A stretch of 58,156 nt of DNA from a virus. Taxonomy: Duplodnaviria; Caudoviricetes. Positions 43,033-52,822 of this stretch are shown piece after piece (position 1 is the stretch's first letter; each line of letters opens with the position of its first letter). The stretch is from positions 1 to 58,156 of IMG/VR virus record IMGVR_UViG_3300021976_000015; one strand, given 5' to 3'. Made by a program: the position numbers and the translations under genes. The notes under the pieces are model-generated. The model had not been told where the DNA came from. It made no database searches and saw nothing but the letters and a program-made list of their open reading frames with translations.

Positions 43033-43805
43033 TGGCCGTTCTCCTCGATGCGCAAGGTACTTACCTCGCTGGTGCGACTACGAACCAAGCGGTTGTTTCG
43101 GCACCCGCCGGTTTGGCAGCGGGGAAATTGCCGATCGTCATCCTGGAGATGGAAGACCGCGTCGGGAACAACGGGTCAGCGATCGTTCCTGTCGATGCAG
43201 GGTGGACGTTGTACGACCCAGCAGCACTTGGGTACACGTATGGTTTGACCACACCATCGACCTCGGCGATGTACTGCCGCGTCTATCACTACGAGCCCAG
43301 AGGTACCCCCAGCTCCTGGACTTTCAACTGGACTGGAAGTACATGGCGAGCTGCCAAGGCGGTGAGTTTTACCGGAGCAGCAGCGACAGGTAGCCCCTTC
43401 AGATATGGCGGTGCCGGGTCGATGGCGTCAACCGCACTCACCACGGCGAATGCCACGCCACCAGTTACCTTCACCGGGTTTGTGACTGACGACTACGGCT
43501 TGTTCACCTTCGTCCACTTCAACGGGTGGGCGGCGGGAGTCGAAGTAATGACCGATGCCACTCCTGAGACGGATTGGACGTTCCTTAACTTCGCGGACGG
43601 AACAAGCCCTGCCAAGGGAATTGGTCTTGCCGCGAAGACACGGACATCCAGTGGGGACTTGACCAACTTCACTGTTCCCACTCATCGCAACGGTGAACAG
43701 ATCGCGATGATGCTTTCCATCCCACCTGCTGCTGGTGGTCCCGCTTTCACCCCGAAACGATTCGTCCAGTCCCGTGCATCTCGCGTTCGAGCTTCGACGT
43801 ACTAA
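43032..43805 (+). CDS. minor tail protein (putative)
   Basis: Thr/Ala/Gly-rich, beta-rich sequence. Confidence 0.6.
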   Translation: MAVLLDAQGTYLAGATTNQAVVSAPAGLAAGKLPIVILEMEDRVGNNGSAIVPVDAGWTLYDPAALGYTYGLTTPSTSAMYCRVYHYEPRGTPSSWTFNWTGSTWRAAKAVSFTGAAATGSPFRYGGAGSMASTALTTANATPPVTFTGFVTDDYGLFTFVHFNGWAAGVEVMTDATPETDWTFLNFADGTSPAKGIGLAAKTRTSSGDLTNFTVPTHRNGEQIAMMLSIPPAAGGPAFTPKRFVQSRASRVRASTY

Positions 43806-43817
43806 GAAAGGTTTCCT

Positions 43818-44321
43818 ATGGCTGGCCAGCAGTACATCGCATGGAATGGGGCGATGCCCGCAGCGGCAGCGGCCGTTGTTGTCACGACAGGCACCGCGAT
43901 CAAGACCCTGCTCCAGATCCAGACCCCTGCCACTCAGGACATCAGGATCATCCGATGGGGGATTAGCTTCGACGGATCGGCGGCGGCAACACCGATCAAG
44001 TGCGAACTACTCACCACTGCCGCTGTCGCGGCGACGGTGACCGCACACATCGCGGCTGGGGTCATGCCCTATAACAACGCTGGTTCTCCTGCATCGTTGA
44101 TGACCTTGGGTACGACCGGCACCGGTTACACGGCGTCTGCCGAGGGCACCGTCGTCACGACCAGGTTGTTCGACTACCAGCTCGTCTCTCCCACGAGCCA
44201 GTACGTGTACGACTGGTCACTGGGTAGCGAGCCCCATGTCCCGGTCAGCACGATCTTGAGGGTGAGGGTTACCGCAGCGGCGGCCGTAAACGCGGCATGC
44301 TTCGTTGTCTGGGCAGAGTGA
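43818..44321 (+). CDS. virion structural protein (putative)
   Basis: Ala/Thr-rich beta protein in the same cluster. Confidence 0.6.
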   Translation: MAGQQYIAWNGAMPAAAAAVVVTTGTAIKTLLQIQTPATQDIRIIRWGISFDGSAAATPIKCELLTTAAVAATVTAHIAAGVMPYNNAGSPASLMTLGTTGTGYTASAEGTVVTTRLFDYQLVSPTSQYVYDWSLGSEPHVPVSTILRVRVTAAAAVNAACFVVWAE

Positions 44322-44346
44322 TCAGGCTGTGTTTACAATCTGATGC

Positions 44347-45036
44347 ATGACTATCGATGTAGGTGACATGTTCGGGCGCTGGACGGTAACCGCAGATCCT
44401 GACCGTCGAACCGTCATGTGTGTTTGCGTGTGCGGTGTCGAACGAGGAGTTTTTCGACACTCGTTAATTAAGGGTGTGTCCAAGTCGTGTGGATGTCTGA
44501 ACCAGGAAGTCAGGTCATTAAACGGCCGCAAGAACGTGAAGCATCCGATCAACCCTGGTGATCGGTTCAGATGTTGGACAGTAATCGACGCGTCGAACCG
44601 TAGAGCTGTGTTGTGCAGATGTGATTGCGGTACGGACAAGAGCGTTACAGCAAGCAACCTGATTGGGGGCATATCAAAATCATGTGGGTGCTTGAAGCGT
44701 GAGTCATCTAGAGCAACAGCTCTCGACAAATTTGTCCGCCATGGTCTTCGGTACCACCCTCTGTACAACGTTTGGCGGCAGATGGTTCGTCGGTGTACTG
44801 ACCCGCTAGATAAAGCGTGGTATCGGTATGGCGGGCGAGGTGTAAGTGTCTACGAGCCGTGGATGGACTTAGTTACGTTCATCGATTACATCGAGTCGAG
44901 CATTGGGTTGCCAAGTCCTGGTCTTACGCTCGATCGAATCGACAACGATGGAAGCTACGTACCAGGAAACGTTAGGTGGGCGACTCGCAAGGAACAAGCG
45001 AACAACCGGTCACCACGGTCCAAGCACGCAAGGTAG
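44347..45036 (+). CDS. HNH homing endonuclease
   Basis: Two C.C.CG...SKSCGC repeats, YGGRG and TLDRIDNDGSYVPGNVRWAT..EQANN. Confidence 0.88.
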   Translation: MTIDVGDMFGRWTVTADPDRRTVMCVCVCGVERGVFRHSLIKGVSKSCGCLNQEVRSLNGRKNVKHPINPGDRFRCWTVIDASNRRAVLCRCDCGTDKSVTASNLIGGISKSCGCLKRESSRATALDKFVRHGLRYHPLYNVWRQMVRRCTDPLDKAWYRYGGRGVSVYEPWMDLVTFIDYIESSIGLPSPGLTLDRIDNDGSYVPGNVRWATRKEQANNRSPRSKHAR

Positions 45037-45048
45037 GGAGTTAGTCAG

Positions 45049-46104
45049 ATGGTGATTCGCGGACGCGGGTACCCCAACCGTTCGCGGATTCGCCGTTTCC
45101 GCGTCACGACCGCCGTCGTCCTCGCGAACATTACAGGTGTTACCGCGTCGATCATCCTGACGGCGAATGCGGGCACCGTTACCGCCTTGAAGACCACGAA
45201 CATCACTGGTCCCACAGCGAGCATCACCCTTACGGCTAACCCAGGAACGGTCAGCGCGTTCAAGGTTGCCTCGATCACCGGAGTTACGTCGTCTGTCACC
45301 TTGACGGCGAATCCAGGGACGGTGACCGCCCATAAGGCCGTCAGTATCACGGGTGTAACCGGGACGCTCACTCTTACCGCCAACCCAGGAACGGTCGTTG
45401 CTGGCCAATCTGTGGCGATTACGGGTGTCACGGCGGGCATGGTCATCACAGCCAACCCTGGGACCGTCTCTGCGCAGAGTGCAGCATCCATCACGGGTGT
45501 GACGTGTGACGTTGAGATCACCGCGAATCCAGGCACAGTCACAGCTCTGGATTCAGTCGATGTAGTCGGTGTAACGACCGGTGTAGTGCTTATCGCGAAC
45601 CCAGGGGCGGTTACCGCACTCAAGACAACTTCCATCACCGGAGTTTCCAGCAGCCTGGAACTCACGGCGCACCCCGGAAGTATTACTACGGCAGGTCAGG
45701 TCTCCGTAGTTGGCGCGTCGGTAGCGATCGTCCTTACCGCCAACCCCGGCACAGTTACTGCCCAGAAGGCGATCGCGATCACGGGTGTCACGACGTCGAT
45801 GACCGCGACGGCCAATCCAGGGACCGTCACTGGAAACTCTTTAATCTCTATAAGTGGGGTTTCCACCAGCCTGGAAATCACCGCGCACCCAGGAACAGTC
45901 ACTACACAGGGTCAAGTTTCGGTTACCGGTCCGACCGTCGCGATCGTGATGACCGCCAACCCTGGGACCGTGTCAATTGGTGGTGCCGGGGGTATCCCGT
46001 ACACCGCACGTCTCGTGATTGGCGGTGTCCTGATCACCGTGGAAATCCAAGGAGTCTGGCATGACGGAGCCGTACGGCCTTTCGCCATCGAGAACTACAC
46101 CTAA
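45049..46104 (+). CDS. repeat-containing fibre-like protein (12 x 24 aa)
   Basis: Tandem ITGVTxxxxLTANPGTVTAxxxxx repeats. Confidence 0.75.
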   Translation: MVIRGRGYPNRSRIRRFRVTTAVVLANITGVTASIILTANAGTVTALKTTNITGPTASITLTANPGTVSAFKVASITGVTSSVTLTANPGTVTAHKAVSITGVTGTLTLTANPGTVVAGQSVAITGVTAGMVITANPGTVSAQSAASITGVTCDVEITANPGTVTALDSVDVVGVTTGVVLIANPGAVTALKTTSITGVSSSLELTAHPGSITTAGQVSVVGASVAIVLTANPGTVTAQKAIAITGVTTSMTATANPGTVTGNSLISISGVSTSLEITAHPGTVTTQGQVSVTGPTVAIVMTANPGTVSIGGAGGIPYTARLVIGGVLITVEIQGVWHDGAVRPFAIENYT

Positions 46105-46132
46105 CCCAGCAGACCGGAAGGGGATTGCACTC

Positions 46133-46243
46133 ATGAGGTACACCGCAGTGATGTACGCAGTGGCGTTGACCTTGCTCGTGATCTTCTTGTTCCTGTTGAT
46201 CATCAACGTCCTCGGTGGGAACACCGCCACGGTCTTCGCGTAG
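46133..46243 (+). CDS. small single-TM protein
   Basis: MRYTAVMYAVALTLLVIFLFLLIINVLGG, with an SD. Confidence 0.5.
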   Translation: MRYTAVMYAVALTLLVIFLFLLIINVLGGNTATVFA

Positions 46244-46426
46244 ACGTACCCTCAAGGAGCCTCCACTCGACCGGAGGTCCGAACCCCCAGCTCCCACTTC
46301 CTCCCAGGACGTCGGCCGGGGGTTCGGCTTATACTGAGGGTTGCTGTTGCAGGCCATCTGGGCAGCGCATACCCAATGAACTCTCGCCGGACAGCGTAAG
46401 ATCAGCACGTTGTGTGTGGTCAAGAC

Positions 46427-46480
46427 GACGAAGACCCCCACTGCCCTTCATCGCCAGGAAGGACAGCGGGGGTCTTCGTC
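46427..46480. terminator. hairpin between convergent transcription units
   Basis: GACGAAGACCCCC...GGGGGTCTTCGTC. Confidence 0.6.
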
Positions 46481-46491
46481 TGTGTCTGGAC

Positions 46492-46812
46492 TTACGCGTC
46501 GGGAGTGACTTCCTCCGGTTCACCAAGCTCGATGGCCAGCGTGGTGACATCCCCCGCGACGACATCGATCGCGATCGAGCCCATAAATTCCTGGCCGGAC
46601 GTCTCGGTGTCGGTCACGGACAGAACAGCGGTACCGAGAGTTCCGGTCGCGGCGACGGAACACGATCCGTCACCGTTGTCGGTCAGGGAGAGGATGGCGG
46701 TGTCGTCCACGGCGTACACCGCAGTGCCGGTGAACTGGGTGGGGTTCCCCATCTCGTCCACAGCGGATACAGACGCAGAGACCTTCTGGTCGGCCTTCAG
46801 CGCAAAACTCAT
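46492..46812 (-). CDS. Ig-like beta-sandwich protein
   Basis: V...D..GNP...Y.VDD.AIL.L.DNGDGS...A.G.LG.A pattern. Confidence 0.65.
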   Translation of the reverse strand: MSFALKADQKVSASVSAVDEMGNPTQFTGTAVYAVDDTAILSLTDNGDGSCSVAATGTLGTAVLSVTDTETSGQEFMGSIAIDVVAGDVTTLAIELGEPEEVTPDA

Positions 46813-47033
46813 GCTTGGTCCTTCTTTCAGCGTGACGGGTGTCGGTGACGGATGTCCACGGTCGGCGGGTAGGGCGTGTCCACACGGTCCTAGATGCCAC
46901 TGGACCGTGGGATGACGTAGGCCGCGAACCCTGGCTTCGATGAGTAGCTGGATGTCGCCAAGATCAATTCGGATGTCGGCCTCCTCTTCGAGCGACGCCC
47001 ATCTTAAAGTGCGTTGCAGAGGTCCCGTCTACC

Positions 47034-47285
47034 TCAACTGGGTGGAATCCCCATCATCGAAGGCTCATCTCCCACTGGTCGCGTCTGGAACCGCACACCC
47101 CAGTTAGGCCCTGCTCCCACAGGTCGCGGTGTGGGGTTGTTCCGTTCCGCCTCGGACATCTCGTAGAGCAGGTCTTCAGCGGCAAGTTGTTCCAGATCTT
47201 CGGCGACCAGAAGCCACTTCCGCCGCGAGAGGTGTTCGTCCTCCGGCGCCATGGTGGGGTCCCATCGCCACACGTTCCACATCAC
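47034..47285 (-). CDS. hypothetical protein
   Basis: GGAGG SD, overlaps the upstream stop. Confidence 0.6.
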   Translation of the reverse strand: MMWNVWRWDPTMAPEDEHLSRRKWLLVAEDLEQLAAEDLLYEMSEAERNNPTPRPVGAGPNWGVRFQTRPVGDEPSMMGIPPS

Positions 47286-47485
47286 GGTGTTTCCTCCTGG
47301 AGTGCATCGAGTTCTTCCCCGCCGACCATCTCAACTCGCTGAGCACCCAGGGTGAGGGTCACCTGGGGGTACTCATCCCCCTCGACGGTGACTGTCGCAC
47401 CTCCCACGGTCGGTAGGACGACGCCATCCATCTCGACCACCACACGCGTCCAATCCTTCTGGTGTATTCGGATCAGCTTGGCCAT
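47282..47485 (-). CDS. hypothetical protein
   Basis: SD and a 67-aa ORF. Confidence 0.6.
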   Translation of the reverse strand: MAKLIRIHQKDWTRVVVEMDGVVLPTVGGATVTVEGDEYPQVTLTLGAQRVEMVGGEELDALQEETP

Positions 47486-47560
47486 GTCTTGTTCCCTCGT
47501 TCTTCGCCACAGGATGGCCGTAGAGGCCCTAACACTGGTTGGTTGGTGTCTCTGGACCCA

Positions 47561-48085
47561 TCAGAGGGGCACGTGGGTTGCACGCGGTTTGTCGGGACCT
47601 TGCAAAACCCCCTCGACCTCTGCCGGAGTGAAGCGTGATCCCTTGAGTGGCTTTGGCCCATCGGGGTTCACGTCCTTGGTCATGTTCGCCCTCATCACCT
47701 CTCGGATCACCGCGTCCAGATCCACTCCGTACGACAACGCGGTTCCGTAGGCAACGGTGACGACATCGGCCAACTCCTGAACGATGTGCGCGAGATCGTC
47801 TCGTTGCTCGGCATCGAAGTACTCCTCGCATTCGGAGTCCATGAGCGTGTACCGAACATCACGAAGATCGTCCTCTGGAAGCTTGGGGAACTTCCCGATC
47901 GGGATGCCGTACTGCTCGTGGAAGAGGAAGACCAGGTCCTGGGTACTCATTTCAACTCGCTTGCTCTCCAGAACACACGTTCCCGCGATCTGCCCACAGT
48001 CTTCGCAGATGTAGTGCATCTGCCCACAAGGTTCAGGGCAGATGTTCCGGTCGAACCAAGTGTTCTCGTGCGTGCAGTCCGCCAT
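47561..48085 (-). CDS. MazG-like NTP pyrophosphohydrolase
   Basis: FH....P...R..L..SEC.EY...ELADV...YG...GVDLD....EV.RANMTK. Confidence 0.8.
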   Translation of the reverse strand: MADCTHENTWFDRNICPEPCGQMHYICEDCGQIAGTCVLESKRVEMSTQDLVFLFHEQYGIPIGKFPKLPEDDLRDVRYTLMDSECEEYFDAEQRDDLAHIVQELADVVTVAYGTALSYGVDLDAVIREVMRANMTKDVNPDGPKPLKGSRFTPAEVEGVLQGPDKPRATHVPL

Positions 48086-49686
48086 CAGATGAACTCCGCG
48101 TTCTTGAGGCCTCCGAGAAGGAGTGCAGGGTTGATCTCCAGAAGCTTGCCGGGGTCAAGCTTTGCCCTGCCGTTCGGAGGACGAGTCGGGTTGCTGACGT
48201 AGCCCCTGATCTTCGGGTAGGTCATGGCGTAGGTCATGAACTTCGACAACTTGTCGCGAGCACCGTCGAGGTGAGTGATCCGACCAGCAGGTGACTTCTT
48301 GTCCACGCCGTAGATGCCCTGGTATCCAGCGAGGTCCCAGTCGTAGCCCATCACGATCGTGGTCACTCCGAGACGGTGCAGAAGACGCACCTGGTTCTCG
48401 GAGATCGAGGAACCATAGGTCGCCAGACCCTGGTATCCCACGTGCCAACAAGCGATCGCGTCGAGAGCACCTTCACACAACACCACGGTGTGGCAGTCGA
48501 ACTCCGGGATCTTGCCGACCATCCAGGAACCGAAGAGATGTTCCTTGCGCGCGAAACGGAACGGGAGCTTGTACTTCTGCTCCGCATCGGGGTTGCCGTT
48601 CCTGATGTTCAGACCAAGAAGCTGACCATCGGTGTCCCTGATCGGGATGGAGTGCGTGTTGGTCCTGATCTCGTAACCGAGACCGAAGGTAGAGATCCAC
48701 TGCTCGGAGAAGTTCCTGGTGTTCATCCACCAGTCGGAGTGGTTCTTGTACCGGAGCAGTTCTGGTTCGGAGCCAAGTTCAAGCTTCGCGACAGAAGCCG
48801 GGAACGTAGTGACCCCGAAGTTCACGGTGTAGTCAAAGCCACTCTTGCCACCGGTCAAAAGTTCTCGCGCGCGAGTAGTAGTTCTACTTACTGACCTACT
48901 AGGGATCTTGAGTTCTTGATCTCGCTTTCGGGGAAGGACGGAACCTTCTTGGTTTCGGGCTGAAGTTCCTTCGCGTGCGCTTACGCGTGCACCCGCGCCT
49001 GCGTCCGTACGCGTACCCGTGCGCTCGCGCGCACGCGCGTACTTAACTTCTTTTTCTTTTTTATTTTCATGAGGTAGTTGGTAGAGGGAGAACTTCTCAT
49101 CTACGTCAACCCCAACGTCTTCCCTATTACTCAATGGCGATTTATCGCCGGGGAGTTGGGGGACAACGTCAGGGTCAACGTCATACCAACGAGTTGTATT
49201 TGAGTTGATCCCCGAGGTGATCCGGGACTGGCCACTTGTGGCCCATCCCTCTTCACTACTGGGGATTATAGTTATAGGACGCGCGCGAGAAATTTGCAAA
49301 TCTGCAGGTGAGAGGCCCTTTTCGCCATCCTCTGTGGTGGAAGATCGGTACCCAGAGACCTTCGCGAGCTGGACTGCCCGTACCCGGTGTCGTTCGTAGT
49401 TCTCCACCATGGATTCCACCTTGTTGATCATGGAAGGCAAACCCATGCGCGCGGTTCCCTTTCCTGTCATTCGATAGGAAAGGGAATCAGCATTCCCCGA
49501 TTCGTGGCATCCGTGGCACAGCCACAGTCCCGAGTCGGTATTGAAACGCAGTGACGGTGAAGAGTCGTCGTGGAAGGGGCAAACCGCATCAACCTCTGCC
49601 CCGGACACCCGAACGATGTCCAGGAGAGCTTCAGCAAGGTCCGCGTACTCGCCAGTGTTCGCGGCCGGGGTGTTGCGACGTGTCAT
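48085..49686 (-). CDS. DNA primase (CHC2 zinc finger plus TOPRIM) with large internal insertion
   Basis: CPFHDDSSPS...W.CHGC zinc finger and VLCEGALDAI...GYDWDLAG TOPRIM motifs. Confidence 0.85.
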   Translation of the reverse strand: MTRRNTPAANTGEYADLAEALLDIVRVSGAEVDAVCPFHDDSSPSLRFNTDSGLWLCHGCHESGNADSLSYRMTGKGTARMGLPSMINKVESMVENYERHRVRAVQLAKVSGYRSSTTEDGEKGLSPADLQISRARPITIIPSSEEGWATSGQSRITSGINSNTTRWYDVDPDVVPQLPGDKSPLSNREDVGVDVDEKFSLYQLPHENKKEKEVKYARARERTGTRTDAGAGARVSAREGTSARNQEGSVLPRKRDQELKIPSRSVSRTTTRARELLTGGKSGFDYTVNFGVTTFPASVAKLELGSEPELLRYKNHSDWWMNTRNFSEQWISTFGLGYEIRTNTHSIPIRDTDGQLLGLNIRNGNPDAEQKYKLPFRFARKEHLFGSWMVGKIPEFDCHTVVLCEGALDAIACWHVGYQGLATYGSSISENQVRLLHRLGVTTIVMGYDWDLAGYQGIYGVDKKSPAGRITHLDGARDKLSKFMTYAMTYPKIRGYVSNPTRPPNGRAKLDPGKLLEINPALLLGGLKNAEFI

Positions 49687-49735
49687 GTAGTGCCTCCAGA
49701 AAGGCGTCAGAGCGACGGAGACGGACGAACTTCGG

Positions 49736-50518
49736 TTACTGGCGCCTACGGTTGCGGTTGGCGTAGTCGATCAGCCTCTGGACCGTTGAGCGGTCAGGTG
49801 CCTCGGTGACATCGATGTGCATTACCACGTTTTGCTTGACGTCCTTCGGGGCCTCGGGAGTCTTGGTCGAAGGCGGAGGTTGCATCTTGTCCCTGATCCG
49901 CTCATGCTCTGTGTCTGCCAATCTGCTGTAGTAGTCGACCATCGCCGAGTCGGACATCGGGATGGTGACCCCGTAGTCGTAGGTGCTTTCTCGATCACCG
50001 ATCAATCGAAGTGAGTTCGTGTTGGTGGATGTGATGCCATTAGTCCACATCGGACCACTGGGACCGTTGGTCAGGGTGACAGGCCCTTTGCCCACGTAGT
50101 CCCTGTTGCTCGTATGGTCGCCGCCACTCGCACCCTGTTCCGCGACCCGGAGTGTCCGGATGCGCTTGACGTACTCCTCGCGAGCTTCCTCTTCCTTCTT
50201 CAGCAGTACTGCGAGCATGCCCTTGTACTGAGCGATGACGACCTCGTAGATGTGGGCCGTCTCGTCCTCGATCGAGATCTTCAGGTCAGCGGCGGTGTTG
50301 ACGTAGTCGTCGCAGGGCCAAGCCGCGCCCACACAGGTTCGGCACGTGACGATCCCCTTGCGTAGGAAGAGGTCGTCCACCGGGCGACTAGGTGCGTGGA
50401 CATGAGGGCGGTGATCTTCCAGGTGGTGCAACAGCGCACCGATGATCCGAGTTTCGCGAGTTGAGTCCGGCGGGATCTCGGACAGGATCTTCTCCAGCTT
50501 GGTGAGGTGTTCGCTCAC
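49736..50518 (-). CDS. hypothetical protein
   Basis: GTG start overlapping the helicase stop, GAGGAG SD, H.P...C..C...WPC motif. Confidence 0.65.
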   Translation of the reverse strand: MSEHLTKLEKILSEIPPDSTRETRIIGALLHHLEDHRPHVHAPSRPVDDLFLRKGIVTCRTCVGAAWPCDDYVNTAADLKISIEDETAHIYEVVIAQYKGMLAVLLKKEEEAREEYVKRIRTLRVAEQGASGGDHTSNRDYVGKGPVTLTNGPSGPMWTNGITSTNTNSLRLIGDRESTYDYGVTIPMSDSAMVDYYSRLADTEHERIRDKMQPPPSTKTPEAPKDVKQNVVMHIDVTEAPDRSTVQRLIDYANRNRRRQ

Positions 50519-51807
50519 TTCTCCTCCTCGTTCTTGTCCTTGTCCTGAAGCTCCTGCATACGTTCGTACGAGCACTCTTCGATCACACCGTCGCCAGGGC
50601 GGTAATCGACGTGCCACGAGAAGTTGCTCTGCCCGTGCCGGTTCTTGACCGAGCGCATGGTCACCGTGGACGGGGAGTTCTGCTTGATCATGATGATTTG
50701 GTCCGAGTCCTGGCCGATCTGGTCGGACTGAGCGATGGCCTCGGGACCGGCCATGGTGCGCGTGATGCCCTGCGCCCTGTTGAGCTGGGAGGCGATGATG
50801 AACGGGACGCGGTACTCCTCCCCCAGCACCTTGAACTCGGTGGAGATCGCGCCCACGGAGGCCGACGAGGAGTCCGCGTGCCGGTCCAGGAGCTGGACGT
50901 AGTCCACGAAGACCACGTCGGGTTGGCTACGTTCCACCGCGTTGCGGATGTCGCGCATCTGGATCTTTCCCCGCTTCTGGTCGATGACATTCAAGTGACC
51001 AGCGATGCACTTCGAGGTCAGACGCAAGAAGTCCTCGTACTCGTCTAGGTCTACAGAGGACCTACCAAGCATGAGAGCGGCGGAATCGAAGACGGTGCCA
51101 CCGATCAGCGGGGACAACAACGAGTGCACCCGCATCGCGACCTGGGACTTGCCCATCTCCAGGGAGAAGAACAGGACCTTGAAGTCCTTGCGGATTGCTT
51201 CCACCGCCCATTTGGTGAGCATCTGGGACTTGCCGTGACCGAGACGTGCCGCGACGGTGACCAGTTCACCTGGCTTAGCCCCACCGGTTCGCGCGTCGAA
51301 AGAGTCGAACCCCCATGCGATTCCAGCCGAACCCTGGGTGTCTACCCGGTTACGGATCTCGCGAACATCGGCCAGTACTTCTTCGTAGTCGGAAATGATG
51401 TTGTTGTCCTGGACGACGGTGATGCGGTTTCGCGCCTTGGAGAGAACTCCCGTGATGGTGCCGATCGCCGCGTCGATGTCGTCGTTCTTGATCTCCTCCA
51501 TGGAGTCACGGATCGCTTCCACCAAAGCGTTCTTGGTGTCGATGCGCTTGATCTCCTCCGCCAGGAAGGAGGTGTCGTCGGCGGTCTTGACAACCTGGAA
51601 GTCCTTGAAGCGCTGCCTGAAGGTGATGATCGAAGGTGACTTCTTGTGCCGGGTGTACATCCGCACGAGGAAGTTCCACTCACGGTCGAACGCGTTGAAC
51701 ATCTCGCTCTTCACACCAGCCGCGAGGGCGGTGTTCATGTCGCCGTTGACGATCACCGACGAGATCAGAAGCTGCTCGTACGACATGGCCTGGTTCTGGT
51801 CTGGCAT
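50515..51807 (-). CDS. dnaB: DnaB-like replicative helicase
   Basis: AARLGHGKS Walker A, FFSLEM, VFVDYVQL, SQLNR, SDQIGQDSD and KNRHG. Confidence 0.92.
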   Translation of the reverse strand: MPDQNQAMSYEQLLISSVIVNGDMNTALAAGVKSEMFNAFDREWNFLVRMYTRHKKSPSIITFRQRFKDFQVVKTADDTSFLAEEIKRIDTKNALVEAIRDSMEEIKNDDIDAAIGTITGVLSKARNRITVVQDNNIISDYEEVLADVREIRNRVDTQGSAGIAWGFDSFDARTGGAKPGELVTVAARLGHGKSQMLTKWAVEAIRKDFKVLFFSLEMGKSQVAMRVHSLLSPLIGGTVFDSAALMLGRSSVDLDEYEDFLRLTSKCIAGHLNVIDQKRGKIQMRDIRNAVERSQPDVVFVDYVQLLDRHADSSSASVGAISTEFKVLGEEYRVPFIIASQLNRAQGITRTMAGPEAIAQSDQIGQDSDQIIMIKQNSPSTVTMRSVKNRHGQSNFSWHVDYRPGDGVIEECSYERMQELQDKDKNEEEK

Positions 51808-52516
51808 ACGGTCGCCCTGCTTTCGGGTAGGCCGATAGCCGAGTGAGTAGCTCGGCTACACGTGGTGGTTTGCCGATCGGTGTGCTCCCTGGGGTGCACC
51901 ACGACCGAGTGAACGAACAGTACGACCCTCGGTCACCGTGGACCACCCCAACGCCCCAAATTGACGCTGACCTGGGGGAACGAGTCACCCACTCGGACCA
52001 AACGGACATCAGACGAATGGACACCCCCTGACCTGCCCAGAAGACGGAACAGACACGCCATGACATAGGTTGCCATGACCTGGGGTCACAGTGTAGAACT
52101 AGGCCCTCGGTGCGACCGGGGAGGCCGGGGAACTGGCCGATCCGGGGTCTAGCACTTGGACCTTGAGAACTCAACAGACGGAACGAGATCGGGGCTCAGC
52201 GCTCACGTCGTGATGACGTCATGGTCAAGCCGCCATGTGGTGCACCTACTGGTAGCAGCACCAACCGACCGATCTGACCCAACAGCGGAGTGTCACGCGC
52301 GAATGTGACCCGCACAGGGGGAGAAAGCCAAGAATTCGCGATGGAGAAAACAAGGCAAAGCAATTTACATTGAACCGTCGTGCCCAATTCATATATCGGG
52401 ATTGGGTGCGGCGTTCGGTGTGAATACACCGAGTGGGGCAGTCGGCCAAGGAGAGAACGTTTAACCAACATCACTCGCTGATTGCCCTCCTAATTCTCAG
52501 ATGGAGGTGAAAGACA

Positions 52517-52765
52517 ATGGGACCAGAATTGGTAGAGGTCGTTGCACCGAAGTCCGTCGGTAATCCGACCGAGAAGTTCATGGTCGTAAGCAGCACCACC
52601 TACGACATGTTCGTGAACGGCGAGATGGACTTCTTCAGCGTGTGGTTCTGCTTTATCGATCAGAAGAACGCCGAGGACTTCGCGAGGGAGTTGAACTTCG
52701 AACTCCTGAAGGAATTCATCCAGGCCGGAGAAGGACCGAGCGCAGGCCTTTCTGTAGGTTTCTGA
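52517..52765 (+). CDS. hypothetical protein
   Basis: GGAGGTG SD. Confidence 0.6.
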   Translation: MGPELVEVVAPKSVGNPTEKFMVVSSTTYDMFVNGEMDFFSVWFCFIDQKNAEDFARELNFELLKEFIQAGEGPSAGLSVGF

Positions 52766-52822
52766 ACGCACTGTCATCATCAACACGCCATTTGGCAATT
52801 CAAAAGCGACAAAGGAGTAGAA

